NCBI GenBank assembly: GCA_964583975.1
Contig: CAZOXU010000002.1
Coordinates: forward strand, 155,709 to 219,708
Length of the DNA: 64,000 bases
Origin: an uncultured Planctomycetales bacterium
GTDB taxonomy: Bacteria > Omnitrophota > Gorgyraeia > Zapsychrales > Fredricksoniimonadaceae
Reading direction: 5' to 3'
A program made the position numbers and the translations under genes. Of the stretch, positions 29,695 to 40,074 are shown in pieces (position 1 is the stretch's first letter; each line of letters opens with the position of its first letter). Under the pieces are notes generated by a model. The model was not told where the DNA came from. It was given only the letters and a program-made list of their open reading frames with translations, and searched no databases.

Positions 29695-31433
29695 AAAACT
29701 CCTGACTTTTGCATTTGCAAAGCGACAAACTCTTCTATTTCCTGGCCCGTGCCTAATTGCATAGCCTGTGCACAAATTCTTTGAATATCGCTAAGGCGTA
29801 ACGAACGCACCATTTTCTTTATTGTTAAAATACTTGATGAAGACATGCTTAACTCATCGATCCCCATTCCAACTAAAAGCAAAGCCATTAATGGATCTGA
29901 AGCTATTTCGCCGCAAACGCCCACATGAATACCTTCATTATGAGCCGCATCTATCGTTCTTTGAATCATTTTTAAAATACCTGGATGAGATGGTTCATAC
30001 AAATGAGCTGTTTTTTCATTAACCCGATCTACAGCTAAAGCATATTGAATTAAATCATTGGTTCCTATACTAAAAAAATCAGATTCTTTAGCCAAACTAT
30101 CGGCGATCATGACGGCAGACGGAACTTCAATCATAACCCCTACTTTAAGCTTAGAATCAAAAGCAATTTTATCATTGATTAAGCCTTGCTTAACTTCCTC
30201 TAAAATAGCATTAGCCTGACGTAATTCTCCAAGTCCAGAAATCATAGGATACATTAATTGAATCTTACCATGGACCGATGCTCTCAAAATAGCCCTTAAT
30301 TGTGTCTTAAAAATATCCGGCCGTTCTAAACAAAAACGAATCGCCCGTGAACCTAAAAAAGGCGTCATGTCATTAGGAATTTGTACGCTAGAGATGAATT
30401 TATCACCTCCAATATCTAAAGTGCGGATCGTTACAACATTGGGATTTATAGCTTCGGCCACTTGTTTATAAGCTTGGTATTGTTCTTCCTCGGAAGGCAA
30501 ATCGACACGATTCATATATAAAAACTCTGTACGATACAGACCTATGCCCTGCGCTCCGTGTTTTTTAGCATTAGGGATTTCATTAATCAACTCGAGATTA
30601 GCATGCAAAGCAATCTTTTTACCGTCAATAGTTTGAGCTGGAAGATCTTTTAAATCATCTAATTTATCCATTTTGGCATGGATCTGACTTTGCTCTTTCG
30701 CATACATCTCACGCGTCGACTGATCAGGGTTAATAATTAAAAGCCCTTTTTGCCCATCGACAATCAAAAAATCCCGGTTGTTAATCTTTAATGTAGCATT
30801 TTTCAAACCTACAACCGCAGGAACCCCCAAAGATTTGGCAATGATTGCCGTATGAGAAGTCTTTCCTCCAATATCAGTCGCAAATGCCAATATCTTTTTA
30901 TTGTAAAGACTTACCGCATCAGAGGGAGAAAGATCATGGACAACAATGATCAAATCATTTTTGATATTATCTAAACTATGGAGCTTATCTTCATCCATCA
31001 GATAGTTCAGAACTCTTCTAGAAATACCATTAATATCCGATGCGCGTTCTTTGAAATATTCATCGGGAATTTTTAAAAAGCTTTGGATATACTTCTTGAT
31101 CACCTTGGAAAACACATACTCAGCAGATTCTTTGTCTTGGCGAATGCCTTTACTAACTTGTTCAAGGAGAATAGGGTCTTGTAAGACTAAAAGATGTGCA
31201 TCGAAAATTTCAGCCTTATTTGATTCTAAATCCCGGCTGACCTTTTCCTTCAACATATAAATCTCTCGTCGGGAGAAATCTAAGGCTTCTTGAAAACGGG
31301 CAATCTCTGAATCTATCTCATGGGCTAAAATGCTGCGGGCAGGAACAACAAATTCCCCTTTGTCTAAAATAAATGCTGGCCCATAAGCAATGCCACTGGC
31401 AGCTGGGATACCTTTTAAAACTGTTTCTTTCAT
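29691..31433 (-). CDS. ptsI: phosphoenolpyruvate-protein phosphotransferase (PTS enzyme I)
   Basis: 580 aa. GGKTSHTAIIAKSLGVPAVVG (phospho-His) and a PEP-utilising C-terminal domain. Confidence 0.9.
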   Translation of the reverse strand: MKETVLKGIPAASGIAYGPAFILDKGEFVVPARSILAHEIDSEIARFQEALDFSRREIYMLKEKVSRDLESNKAEIFDAHLLVLQDPILLEQVSKGIRQDKESAEYVFSKVIKKYIQSFLKIPDEYFKERASDINGISRRVLNYLMDEDKLHSLDNIKNDLIIVVHDLSPSDAVSLYNKKILAFATDIGGKTSHTAIIAKSLGVPAVVGLKNATLKINNRDFLIVDGQKGLLIINPDQSTREMYAKEQSQIHAKMDKLDDLKDLPAQTIDGKKIALHANLELINEIPNAKKHGAQGIGLYRTEFLYMNRVDLPSEEEQYQAYKQVAEAINPNVVTIRTLDIGGDKFISSVQIPNDMTPFLGSRAIRFCLERPDIFKTQLRAILRASVHGKIQLMYPMISGLGELRQANAILEEVKQGLINDKIAFDSKLKVGVMIEVPSAVMIADSLAKESDFFSIGTNDLIQYALAVDRVNEKTAHLYEPSHPGILKMIQRTIDAAHNEGIHVGVCGEIASDPLMALLLVGMGIDELSMSSSSILTIKKMVRSLRLSDIQRICAQAMQLGTGQEIEEFVALQMQKSGVL

Positions 31434-31708
31434 GAGTTTAGCTCTTCTTCTTGTTGCCCTAAAAATATTTCAATCTTTCGCATGGCTTCTTGCGCCCCTA
31501 CTCCCTCAACGGTCAACTTTAAGACTGTTCCGCACTGAGCACCTAAGGTTAGAATTCCCATAATAGATTTTCCATTGACCTTTTCTTGGTCTTTTTGAAC
31601 AAGAACAGTGACACCAAGCTTATCGATTAACTGAACAAAGGCTGCAGCAGGCCTAGCATGAATACCTTTTTTATTAGCTACAACAATATCTTTAACAATA
31701 CGTTCCAT
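31430..31708 (-). CDS. ptsH: phosphocarrier protein HPr
   Basis: GIHARPAA active-site His. Start placed at MERIVKDI (31708), abutting the upstream stop. Confidence 0.8.
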   Translation of the reverse strand: MERIVKDIVVANKKGIHARPAAAFVQLIDKLGVTVLVQKDQEKVNGKSIMGILTLGAQCGTVLKLTVEGVGAQEAMRKIEIFLGQQEEELNS

Positions 31709-31709
31709 A

Positions 31710-32951
31710 TTAACGCTTGATAACCCTCTTGGATTCAATTAATTTGATAAGTGCCTCAGTTAATTTTTTCGAATCATGTCGGACATAATTATTAATTCCT
31801 AAAAGATCCGTAGCCACTACCTTATAACCCATTTCTTTAATCTTTTCCGTGTCGGGGGCAACTGGGTAAGATTTCTCTAGCCTATACTTTTGTAAAGCAT
31901 GTTCTGGAACATTCGCGTTATTGATCACACAGGCATTAATAATTTGTGGCAAAGAATGTTCAACCAATGCACGTGCATGATCACTAGCAGAAAATCCATC
32001 TGTCTCACCAGGTTGGGTCATAACATTACAAACATAAATTTTATAAGCCGAAGATTTGGCAATAGCTTCGGGTATTCCTTTAATGATCAAATTTGGAATA
32101 ATACTCGTATAAACACTCCCAGGCCCTAATACAATAATATCGGCTTCTTCAATAGCTGTTAAAGCTTCCTGGGTGGGTTTTGCATCTACGTCTGTCAAAG
32201 ACAGGCGCTTAATAGGGACATTAGTCTTAGGAATTTTAGCTTCCCCTTCCGTACGAGTACCATCAATATATTCAGCAACCAAATGAATATTGTGAATGGT
32301 TGATGGAATAACCTTACCCCTGATAGCTAGAACCTTACTGCTTTCTTCAACAGCTTTTTGAAAATCACCTTTGGTGATTTGCACCATGGCGGTCAAAAAT
32401 AAATTTCCAAAATTATGTCCTTGGAGTTGTGAGGTTTCAGCAAAACGATATTGAAATAATTCTCCCATCAACGCAGGAGCATCGGCCAAAGCCACTAAAC
32501 AATTTCTAATATCCCCAGGGGCCACTATATTAAATTCTTCGCGTAAACGACCTGATGAACCTCCACTATCAGCTACTGTTACAATAGCAGTCAAATTAGC
32601 CGTATACTCTTTTAACCCTAAAAGCAAATGTGATAAACCATGCCCCCCACCTATCGTCACAATCTTGGGTCCACGTTCTAAATATCGACGTTGGTATAAA
32701 ATATTAACAATATCTCGTTCTCTTTGGGGCAAAAATAAAGTCAGTAAGGAAACAATAATCTTTCCCATTCCATAAATAATAAATATGATGCCGCAAAGAA
32801 TAATAATCGTAGAGAAGATACGAACGAAGGTATAGGAAGAGACAAAAAAGACGGCTCCAACGCCGACGACAAGAACACCAAATAAAGACGTCAGCATCCA
32901 GCGTTTTACTTTAATTCCTGGATAAAGCCACTTTAAAAGATTATTGGACAT
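31710..32951 (-). CDS. YvcK/UPF0052 (CofD-like) gluconeogenesis-factor family protein with N-terminal TM anchor
   Basis: IVTIGGGHGLSHLLLGLK and the VADSGGSSGRLR motif. Two N-terminal TM helices precede the conserved domain. Confidence 0.75.
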   Translation of the reverse strand: MSNNLLKWLYPGIKVKRWMLTSLFGVLVVGVGAVFFVSSYTFVRIFSTIIILCGIIFIIYGMGKIIVSLLTLFLPQRERDIVNILYQRRYLERGPKIVTIGGGHGLSHLLLGLKEYTANLTAIVTVADSGGSSGRLREEFNIVAPGDIRNCLVALADAPALMGELFQYRFAETSQLQGHNFGNLFLTAMVQITKGDFQKAVEESSKVLAIRGKVIPSTIHNIHLVAEYIDGTRTEGEAKIPKTNVPIKRLSLTDVDAKPTQEALTAIEEADIIVLGPGSVYTSIIPNLIIKGIPEAIAKSSAYKIYVCNVMTQPGETDGFSASDHARALVEHSLPQIINACVINNANVPEHALQKYRLEKSYPVAPDTEKIKEMGYKVVATDLLGINNYVRHDSKKLTEALIKLIESKRVIKR

Positions 32952-32980
32952 AATCTTTCATCGATCATTTGGATAGCTTT

Positions 32981-33451
32981 TTAATTAACTCGCACATCTT
33001 CATGCGCAAGCAATTCAAGCATTTCCTTGGTTGATTTTGAATTCTTGAGACTATCTCGAAAGAATTTATCTTTTAATAGACGGGAAACTCTCGCAAGAGC
33101 TTTTAAATGAGGACCAGCAGAATCAACAGGAGCCACGAGCAAAAAGAAAATATAAGCAAGTTCCCCATCAAGAGAATCAAAATTAATTCCCTTTTTACTG
33201 ATCGCCAAAGCTGCCACTAGTTTATCAGTACTGTCAGACTTGCCATGGGGAATAGCTATTCCTTGCCCTATAGCAGTGGAACCTAACGCCTCTCGAGCTA
33301 AAAGAATATCTACAATTTTATTCTTATGCTTCTTTTCAAGCGCTCCTGCTTCAATCAAAGATTGAACCATTTCAGTAATAACTTCAGTTTTAGTTGTTGC
33401 TTGCAAATCACTAATCAAAGCTTCTTTACATAAAAATTCAGCAATCTTCAT
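32981..33451 (-). CDS. ptsN: PTS IIA-Ntr-like regulatory protein
   Basis: 156 aa. GQGIAIPHGKS active-site His. Fructose/Ntr-type IIA fold. Confidence 0.8.
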   Translation of the reverse strand: MKIAEFLCKEALISDLQATTKTEVITEMVQSLIEAGALEKKHKNKIVDILLAREALGSTAIGQGIAIPHGKSDSTDKLVAALAISKKGINFDSLDGELAYIFFLLVAPVDSAGPHLKALARVSRLLKDKFFRDSLKNSKSTKEMLELLAHEDVRVN

Positions 33452-33492
33452 AAAACCTCCAAAAAGCTTTTAATTTAAATTAGTAAAATTAA

Positions 33493-33565
33493 AGCGGCGA
33501 ATGGGATTCGAACCCATGGCATCCACCTTGGCAAGGTGGCATTCTACCAACTGAATTATCGCCGC
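33493..33565 (-). tRNA. tRNA-Gly (anticodon GCC)
   Basis: Manual fold: GCGGCGA acceptor, anticodon arm CCACC-TTGCCAA-GGTGG, T-arm GGGTTCGAATCCC. Confidence 0.8.
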
Positions 33566-33580
33566 ATATCAAACTAAAAC

Positions 33581-33666
33581 TGGTGGGCGGAAGAGGACTT
33601 GAACCTCCACGAGTCTCCCCACATGCTCCTAAGGCATGCGCGTCTACCAATTCCGCCATCCGCCCG
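33581..33666 (-). tRNA. tRNA-Leu (anticodon TAG), long variable arm, CCA encoded
   Basis: Anticodon arm CATGC-CTTAGGA-GCATG. 86 nt with a long extra arm. T-arm GGTTCAAGTCC. Confidence 0.8.
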
Positions 33667-33705
33667 TGTCACTCTGATACCGATCACAAGGCTTTTAAAA
33701 AACTA

Positions 33706-33783
33706 TGGTGACCCACCCGCGACTCGAACGCGGCACAACTACATTAAAAGTGTAGTGCTCTACCTGATGAGCTAGTGGGTCAC
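33706..33783 (-). tRNA. tRNA-Lys (anticodon TTT), CCA encoded
   Basis: Anticodon arm CTACA-CTTTTAA-TGTAG. T-arm GCGTTCGAGTCGC. Confidence 0.8.
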
Positions 33784-33805
33784 AATCCTTTGATCACACT
33801 AAGGA

Positions 33806-34366
33806 CTAAACTTCACGAAGATCCTTGCTCTTTTTCTCAAGCAAGCTATCAATTTCTTTAATAAAACGATCCGTCATTTTTTGAACTTCATCTTCAGACT
33901 TAAACTTATCGTCTTCGCTCATGTGACCATCACTTTGAATCTTTTTGATCTTTTCATTAGCATCTCGACGTATAGATCGCAAAGTTACTCGACCACGTTC
34001 AGCCATATCTTTAATAACCTTAATAAACTCTTCTCTTCGTTCAGCAGATAACGGAGGAAAACTCAAACGCATTGTTTTACCATCATTCGATGGCGTGATT
34101 CCTAATTTTGAATTTAATATAGTTTTCTCAATCTCTATAATGGCTGTCGCATCCCATGGTTGAATTAAAATCATACGCGGATCAGGTGATGAAACCGCAG
34201 CGATCTGTTTAATCGGAGTCGATGTTCCGTAATAATCAATATGCATATCTTCAATTAATGCTGGCTGGGCGCGTCCTGTACGGACTTCCCCAAATTCACG
34301 CAAAAGAGTTTCCATACATTTTTTCATCTTACCATCAGTATCTTTAAGGATCTCTTTAGCAGTCAT
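33806..34366 (-). CDS. frr: ribosome recycling factor
   Basis: 186 aa in the conserved frr-pyrH-tsf-rpsB cluster. The VRTGRA motif. Confidence 0.9.
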   Translation of the reverse strand: MTAKEILKDTDGKMKKCMETLLREFGEVRTGRAQPALIEDMHIDYYGTSTPIKQIAAVSSPDPRMILIQPWDATAIIEIEKTILNSKLGITPSNDGKTMRLSFPPLSAERREEFIKVIKDMAERGRVTLRSIRRDANEKIKKIQSDGHMSEDDKFKSEDEVQKMTDRFIKEIDSLLEKKSKDLREV

Positions 34367-34381
34367 ATTGCCTCCCTGAAA

Positions 34382-35101
34382 TTAATGCACCAAGGTTCCA
34401 ATTTTTTCACCGTAAACAGCTTTTTTGATATTACCTTTTTTCAATAAGTTGAAGACGATGATTGGTAAATTATTTTCCATGCACATGCTAATAGCTGTTG
34501 CATCCATCACTTTCAAATTCTTCTTAAGAACATCAATAAACCTAACTTCATCATACTTCTTGGCTGATTTGTCTTTGACAGGATCTGCGGTGTAGACACC
34601 ATCGACCTTGGTTGCCTTCATAATAACATCACAATTAATTTCAGTCGCACGTAATGTGGCGGCTGTGTCAGTTGTGAAATAAGGATTTCCTGTTCCAGCC
34701 ACAAAGATAACGACACGGCGTTTTTCTAAGTGACGTATCGCACGGCGTAAAATATAAGGTTCTGCTACCGCTTGTATTTGAATGGCAGTCATTACACGTG
34801 TTGCGATCCCTACTTGTTCGAGGGCATTTTGTAAGGCCATACCATTCATGACCGTAGCTAACATACCCATGTAATCAGCAACTGCGCGATCTAAACCAAA
34901 GCGCTTACTTTCAACCTGTCCACGAAATATGTTTCCACCACCAACAACTAAAGCCATCTGTACACCTGCATCATGGATTTGTTTGATTTCATCTGCTAAA
35001 GATGCACACATTTCCGCATCAATACCATGCGACAAACGACCTAAAAGAGCTTCTCCACTAATTTTTAAAAGAACTCTTTTATAGGCTGGCTTTTTATTCA
35101 T
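34382..35101 (-). CDS. pyrH: UMP kinase
   Basis: 239 aa. LLKISGEAL and GGGNIFRG motifs. Confidence 0.9.
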   Translation of the reverse strand: MNKKPAYKRVLLKISGEALLGRLSHGIDAEMCASLADEIKQIHDAGVQMALVVGGGNIFRGQVESKRFGLDRAVADYMGMLATVMNGMALQNALEQVGIATRVMTAIQIQAVAEPYILRRAIRHLEKRRVVIFVAGTGNPYFTTDTAATLRATEINCDVIMKATKVDGVYTADPVKDKSAKKYDEVRFIDVLKKNLKVMDATAISMCMENNLPIIVFNLLKKGNIKKAVYGEKIGTLVH

Positions 35102-35625
35102 TATTCACCCACTTTATATCGCACAAATCGACCTATTTGGATGTTTTCTCCAATTTTGGCAACCAACTCATTTAAATAATCAGCAATAGTTTTGCTGGGA
35201 TCTTTAACATAATTTTGACTTAAAAGACAATTAGCTTTGGCATAAGCTTCTTTGTCTAATTCTTTAATCAAAACATCAGCAGGGATATCTTCCTTTTTAA
35301 CATATAAAGGAGATAACGCGGCAATATGCATTGCTAAATTACGACTAAAAGTTATAAAATCCTCATTACGGGCAACGAAATCAGTTTCACAATTAACTTC
35401 CACAACCACACCAATTTTATTCCCATTATGAATATAAGCTTCTACGCGTCCTTCTTTAGCTACGCGATCTGCCTTTTTAGCAGCCATTTCCAGACCACGT
35501 TTTCTTAAGATTTCTTTGGCTTTTTGAAAATCACCTTTAGATTCTTCTAAAGCTTTTTTACATTCAATAACACCACAAGAGGTTTCCTCTCTCAATTGCT
35601 TAATACTATCCACTGTACTTGCCAT
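35101..35625 (-). CDS. tsf: elongation factor Ts (short form)
   Basis: 174 aa. [32 protein letters not shown]-like N-terminus. Confidence 0.85.
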   Translation of the reverse strand: MASTVDSIKQLREETSCGVIECKKALEESKGDFQKAKEILRKRGLEMAAKKADRVAKEGRVEAYIHNGNKIGVVVEVNCETDFVARNEDFITFSRNLAMHIAALSPLYVKKEDIPADVLIKELDKEAYAKANCLLSQNYVKDPSKTIADYLNELVAKIGENIQIGRFVRYKVGE

Positions 35626-35643
35626 ATAAGTTCCTTTTTATAT

Positions 35644-36384
35644 TTAAGCAGCGACAACTTCTTTAACTGCAGATTGTTCATGAGCTTTTTTACCAGCCAA
35701 ATATTCTTTACGGCCTTCAATAATGCTATCGGTAATCAAACTTGCAACAAATTTGATAGATTTAACAGCATCATCATTACCAGGGATAGGATATTGGATA
35801 AGATCTGGATCAGAATTGGTATCAATTAAACCAACAACTGGAATACCTAAACGATTAGCTTCTGCGACACCTATTTCTTCTTTTTTGGTATCCACCATGA
35901 AAATAACCTGTGGAAGAGTGGCCATATTACGAATACCACCTAAATCTCGTAAAAGACGATCCTTCTCTTTCATCAAAAGAGAATTTTCTTTCTTAGTCAA
36001 ACGGCCAGTGATACCACTGGATTCCATTTTCTCAATATCTTCTAGTTTTCGAATTGATTTTTTGACCGTTTCCAGGTTGGTCATGAGTCCACCCATCCAA
36101 CGATAACGGACATAAGGCATTTCTGCGCGGGTTGCTTCTTCTTGAATTACATCTTGGGCTTGTTTCTTGGTTCCTACGAAAAGAACCTTGCCACCTTTTG
36201 CTGCGGCATCACGCATAAAATCACGAGCTGCATTTAATTTTTCAACGGTTTTCTCTAAATCAATAATATAGATACCGCCTCTTTCACCAAAAATAAACTT
36301 CTTCATTTTAGGATTCCATCTACGGCTTTGGTGTCCGAAATGAACCCCTGCTTCTAATAACTGCTTAATTAATTCTGTTGCCAT
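35644..36384 (-). CDS. rpsB: 30S ribosomal protein S2
   Basis: 246 aa. LLEAGVHFGHQSRRWNPKM N-terminus. Confidence 0.9.
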   Translation of the reverse strand: MATELIKQLLEAGVHFGHQSRRWNPKMKKFIFGERGGIYIIDLEKTVEKLNAARDFMRDAAAKGGKVLFVGTKKQAQDVIQEEATRAEMPYVRYRWMGGLMTNLETVKKSIRKLEDIEKMESSGITGRLTKKENSLLMKEKDRLLRDLGGIRNMATLPQVIFMVDTKKEEIGVAEANRLGIPVVGLIDTNSDPDLIQYPIPGNDDAVKSIKFVASLITDSIIEGRKEYLAGKKAHEQSAVKEVVAA

Positions 36385-36579
36385 ACTTTACTTTCTCCTT
36401 TGTCTTGTTTCGTCGGTGGACACTACCACAGTTAGGTTGGGACAAAACGTTATTGTTTAAGGCCTTGCCTATCCAATCCTCATACCCTAGGCACAGACCT
36501 TTTAATGACGGAAACGTTTCCGCCATTAAATGAAGCGCTAGTATATCCAAAGACCTCTTGTTTTGCAATAAAATTTTAT

Positions 36580-39500
36580 TTAAATCGTCACCCGAAAATA
36601 CTCGGAACCAACCAAAGATTTGACCTCTTCCATGAGGACTTCTGAAGGCGTGACAAACAAGTCTTCTCCCACTAAAATTTGCACACTTTTATAATTTTTA
36701 GTATCAAGTTCTAAAAAAACTGGCACCTTACCAGGGAATCGTTTTAGCCTCTCTTTGAGCTTCTCAAACCCAAGTTTGCCAGCCTTAGACACATTAATAT
36801 GAATGTTCTTAATTAGCCCATAGACCTCCTCAATACCAGCCATTTCCTGGGCCACCATTTTAGGCAAACCATCGCGAAAATTCACCTTTCCTTTAACCAC
36901 TACAACTGTTCCCTCTTTCAGATAACTAGCCATACTCTGGTAACTCGAAGGAAAAATAACCAATTCCATAGCCCCATCCATATCTTCTAAGCCTACAATT
37001 GCCATCCGTTCATTGGTCTTCTTAGTTGTCGTTAACTTAACCATTTGGATTAACCCTATCATGCGGGCATCTTGCCCATCGCGGGCATTGCGAAGCGAAG
37101 CAGTGGTAAAATCCGAGAATTCCTTGATCTCAGCTTGGTATCTTTGTAAGGGGTGTCCGCTTAAATAAAACCCTAACAACGCCTTTTCATTAGCCAATAG
37201 CTGGGCCGTGGGCCACTCTGGAATATCAGGCAAATGTTCATCACCAGCCCCAAAACTACCCTCCTCATCTTGGGTATTGAAAAAAGAAAACTGGCCTGTC
37301 TGTATTTCCCTTTGGGCCTTGGTTCCTGCATCCAACGCTTTATCTAAAACAGCCATCAATTGGGCTCTACGAACACGAAAGCTATCCATCGAGCCAGACT
37401 TAATAAGACTTTCTAACACCTTGCGATTATTCAAACGCAAATCTACACGATGACAAAAATCAAAAATGGATTTAAAAACGCCATCTTTCTGCCTGCGAGT
37501 GACCATCGACTCAATAGCTGATGATCCAATATTCTTAACTGCCAGAAGACCGTAACAAATAGTCTTATCATCTACCACCGAAAATTGTGCTAAGGAAGTA
37601 TTAATATCTGGTGGCAGCACTTTCAAACCCATAGCCTCAGCCTCTTTAACGTAATCAACCACCTTATCAGTATTATCACGTTCCGAGGTAAGCAAGGCAC
37701 ACATAAATTCAACCGGATAGTTAGCTTTCAAATAAGCAGTTCTGTAGGTAATCAAGGCATAGGCTGCCGAATGACTACGGTTAAAGCCGTAGCCTGCAAA
37801 ATAATCGATTAAATCAAATAAACGGTTCGCCTCAGTCTCACTAATGCCGCTTTCCTTTGCACAACCATCAATAAAGAATTGACGCATTTTCTGCATTTCG
37901 GCTGGGATCTTTTTTCCCATAGCTTTACGTAAATCATCGGCCTGCGTCATATTAAAACCTGCCAATACTGAAGAAATCTGCATAACCTGCTCTTGATAAA
38001 CAATAATCCCATAGGTCGGCTTTAAGACTTCCTCAAGCTTAGGATGAGGGTAACTCACGGGATTTTCTTTACGTTTACGTTTGATAAAGTCCTCGAGCAT
38101 GCCACTTCCCATAGGTCCCGGGCGATAAAGTGCTAGAATTGCAATCAAATCCTCAAACTCTGATGGCTTAGACTTCTTTAACAAATCCCGCATACCCGCA
38201 CTTTCCAGCTGAAACACCCCTGAAGCATTGGCTGCAGAAAGCATGGCATATGTTTTAGCATCATCCAGCTTCAAATTATCAATATCAATCTTGATACCCT
38301 TATGCTTTTTAATTAATTTCAAAGCATCTTCAATAACCGTTAAGGTGCGAAGCCCAAGAAAGTCCATCTTAAGCAGACCCATCTTGGAAATTCCATCCAT
38401 ATCAAAGCCTGTAGTGACCTGCCCGTCGGTACTTTTAAACAACGGCACATGATCGGTTAAAGGCTTATCTGAAATAACAACTCCGGCGGCATGAATAGAA
38501 GCATGCCGGTTTAAACCTTCTAAAACCTTAGCGGTATTAAGTAAATCGCGAGCCGATTTATCTGACTCCATTAATTCTTTTAATTGCGGTTCGACATGGA
38601 TAGCATCATCGAGGGTAATTCCAATCTCATTGGGAATAAGCTTGGCAATACGATCCACATCAGCATAACTTAAGGCCATAGCTCGACCCACATCGCGCAC
38701 AGCCGCCTTAGCTTGCATACTACCAAAAGTAATAATCTGGGCTACTTTATCTCGACCATACTTTTGCGTCACATAATCAATAATTTCCCCTCGGCGTTCA
38801 TAACAAAAGTCGATATCAATATCAGGCATGCTACGGCGTCCTGGATTCAAGAATCTCTCGAACAGCAAACCATATTTTATGGGATCTAAATCAGTGATGC
38901 CTAATAGATAGCTAACCAAACTTCCTGCTGCAGAACCTCGGCCGGGTCCAACAGGAACACCACGTTTTTTAGCATGTTCAATAAAATCCCAAACAATCAA
39001 AAAGTAACTAACAAACCCCATGTTTTCAATAGTCAGCAATTCATGTTCCAAGCGATGACGCAATTGCTCGTTGACAACACTACCATAACGACGCTTTAGT
39101 CCTTCATCACAAAGTTGGCGTAAGTAAACTTGAGCATCTAAATTATTAGGGGTTTCATAACGAGGCAAATGATAGTGATCAAAATCAAGCTTTACATTGA
39201 TTTTCTCAGCAATTTCAACGGTATTGGTCAGAAGCCTAGGATCCCAAGAAAAAACTTGTTCCATTTCCTGAGCTGTTTTTAAATAAAACTGTGGGGTGGC
39301 AAAACACATGTGATTTGGATCATTTAAGGTGGTCTGTGTTTGTATACACAACAAGGTTTCATGTGCGTGAGCCTGGTCGTGATTAAGATAATGCACGTCA
39401 TTACTTGCAATCATCTTAAGGTTTAATTCCTGGGCGATTTTAATTAATCCCTCATTAACCTTGACCTGTTCCTTTAAACCATGATCCATCAATTCAATAT

Positions 39501-40014
39501 AAAAATTATCCTTACCAAAAATGGCTGCCATAGCATCAGCACATTTAAGGGCCGAATTGTAATCTCCTTTTAATAAATAGTTGGAAACCTCTCCCTTCAA
39601 ACATCCTGAGGTACAAATAAGTCCTTTGGCGTGCTGGGCCAGCAGTTCTTTATCTATACGAGGTTTATAATAAAAACCTTCCATATAGCCTGCTGAGACG
39701 AGTTTTATAAGATTGGCATAACCTTCGTTATCTTGGGCTAGCAATCCTAGGTGGGCAATATTTCTTTGGTCAGAATTCTTTTCAAACCGACCATTAGGAG
39801 CAATGTAGGCTTCGCAACCAATAAGAGGCTTGATCCCTGCTTTTTTAGCTGCTTGATAAAAATGAACAGCCCCAAACATGTTGCCATGGTCTGTCATTCC
39901 CAAAGCCTTCATCCCTAAATCAGCAGCTTTGTTAACTAAACTTTGAACATGGCAAGCACCATCTAAAAGACTGTACTGAGTGTGGACGTGTAAGTGGACG
40001 AATTCGCTGGACAT
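36580..40014 (-). CDS. dnaE: DNA polymerase III alpha subunit
   Basis: 1144 aa. PHP N-terminus (FVHLHVHTQYSLLDGA), polymerase core, OB domain. Confidence 0.9.
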   Translation of the reverse strand: MSSEFVHLHVHTQYSLLDGACHVQSLVNKAADLGMKALGMTDHGNMFGAVHFYQAAKKAGIKPLIGCEAYIAPNGRFEKNSDQRNIAHLGLLAQDNEGYANLIKLVSAGYMEGFYYKPRIDKELLAQHAKGLICTSGCLKGEVSNYLLKGDYNSALKCADAMAAIFGKDNFYIELMDHGLKEQVKVNEGLIKIAQELNLKMIASNDVHYLNHDQAHAHETLLCIQTQTTLNDPNHMCFATPQFYLKTAQEMEQVFSWDPRLLTNTVEIAEKINVKLDFDHYHLPRYETPNNLDAQVYLRQLCDEGLKRRYGSVVNEQLRHRLEHELLTIENMGFVSYFLIVWDFIEHAKKRGVPVGPGRGSAAGSLVSYLLGITDLDPIKYGLLFERFLNPGRRSMPDIDIDFCYERRGEIIDYVTQKYGRDKVAQIITFGSMQAKAAVRDVGRAMALSYADVDRIAKLIPNEIGITLDDAIHVEPQLKELMESDKSARDLLNTAKVLEGLNRHASIHAAGVVISDKPLTDHVPLFKSTDGQVTTGFDMDGISKMGLLKMDFLGLRTLTVIEDALKLIKKHKGIKIDIDNLKLDDAKTYAMLSAANASGVFQLESAGMRDLLKKSKPSEFEDLIAILALYRPGPMGSGMLEDFIKRKRKENPVSYPHPKLEEVLKPTYGIIVYQEQVMQISSVLAGFNMTQADDLRKAMGKKIPAEMQKMRQFFIDGCAKESGISETEANRLFDLIDYFAGYGFNRSHSAAYALITYRTAYLKANYPVEFMCALLTSERDNTDKVVDYVKEAEAMGLKVLPPDINTSLAQFSVVDDKTICYGLLAVKNIGSSAIESMVTRRQKDGVFKSIFDFCHRVDLRLNNRKVLESLIKSGSMDSFRVRRAQLMAVLDKALDAGTKAQREIQTGQFSFFNTQDEEGSFGAGDEHLPDIPEWPTAQLLANEKALLGFYLSGHPLQRYQAEIKEFSDFTTASLRNARDGQDARMIGLIQMVKLTTTKKTNERMAIVGLEDMDGAMELVIFPSSYQSMASYLKEGTVVVVKGKVNFRDGLPKMVAQEMAGIEEVYGLIKNIHINVSKAGKLGFEKLKERLKRFPGKVPVFLELDTKNYKSVQILVGEDLFVTPSEVLMEEVKSLVGSEYFRVTI

Positions 40015-40074
40015 AACCTAATAAAAAAACAATAACCTTTTTGGAAGGTATTATACAACAACAAAGGTTATTGT

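Noticed and set aside
36365-36568. 67-aa ORF in the dnaE-rpsB spacer
   Set aside because: Lies in the probable structured rpsB leader. No RBS. Composition not protein-like.
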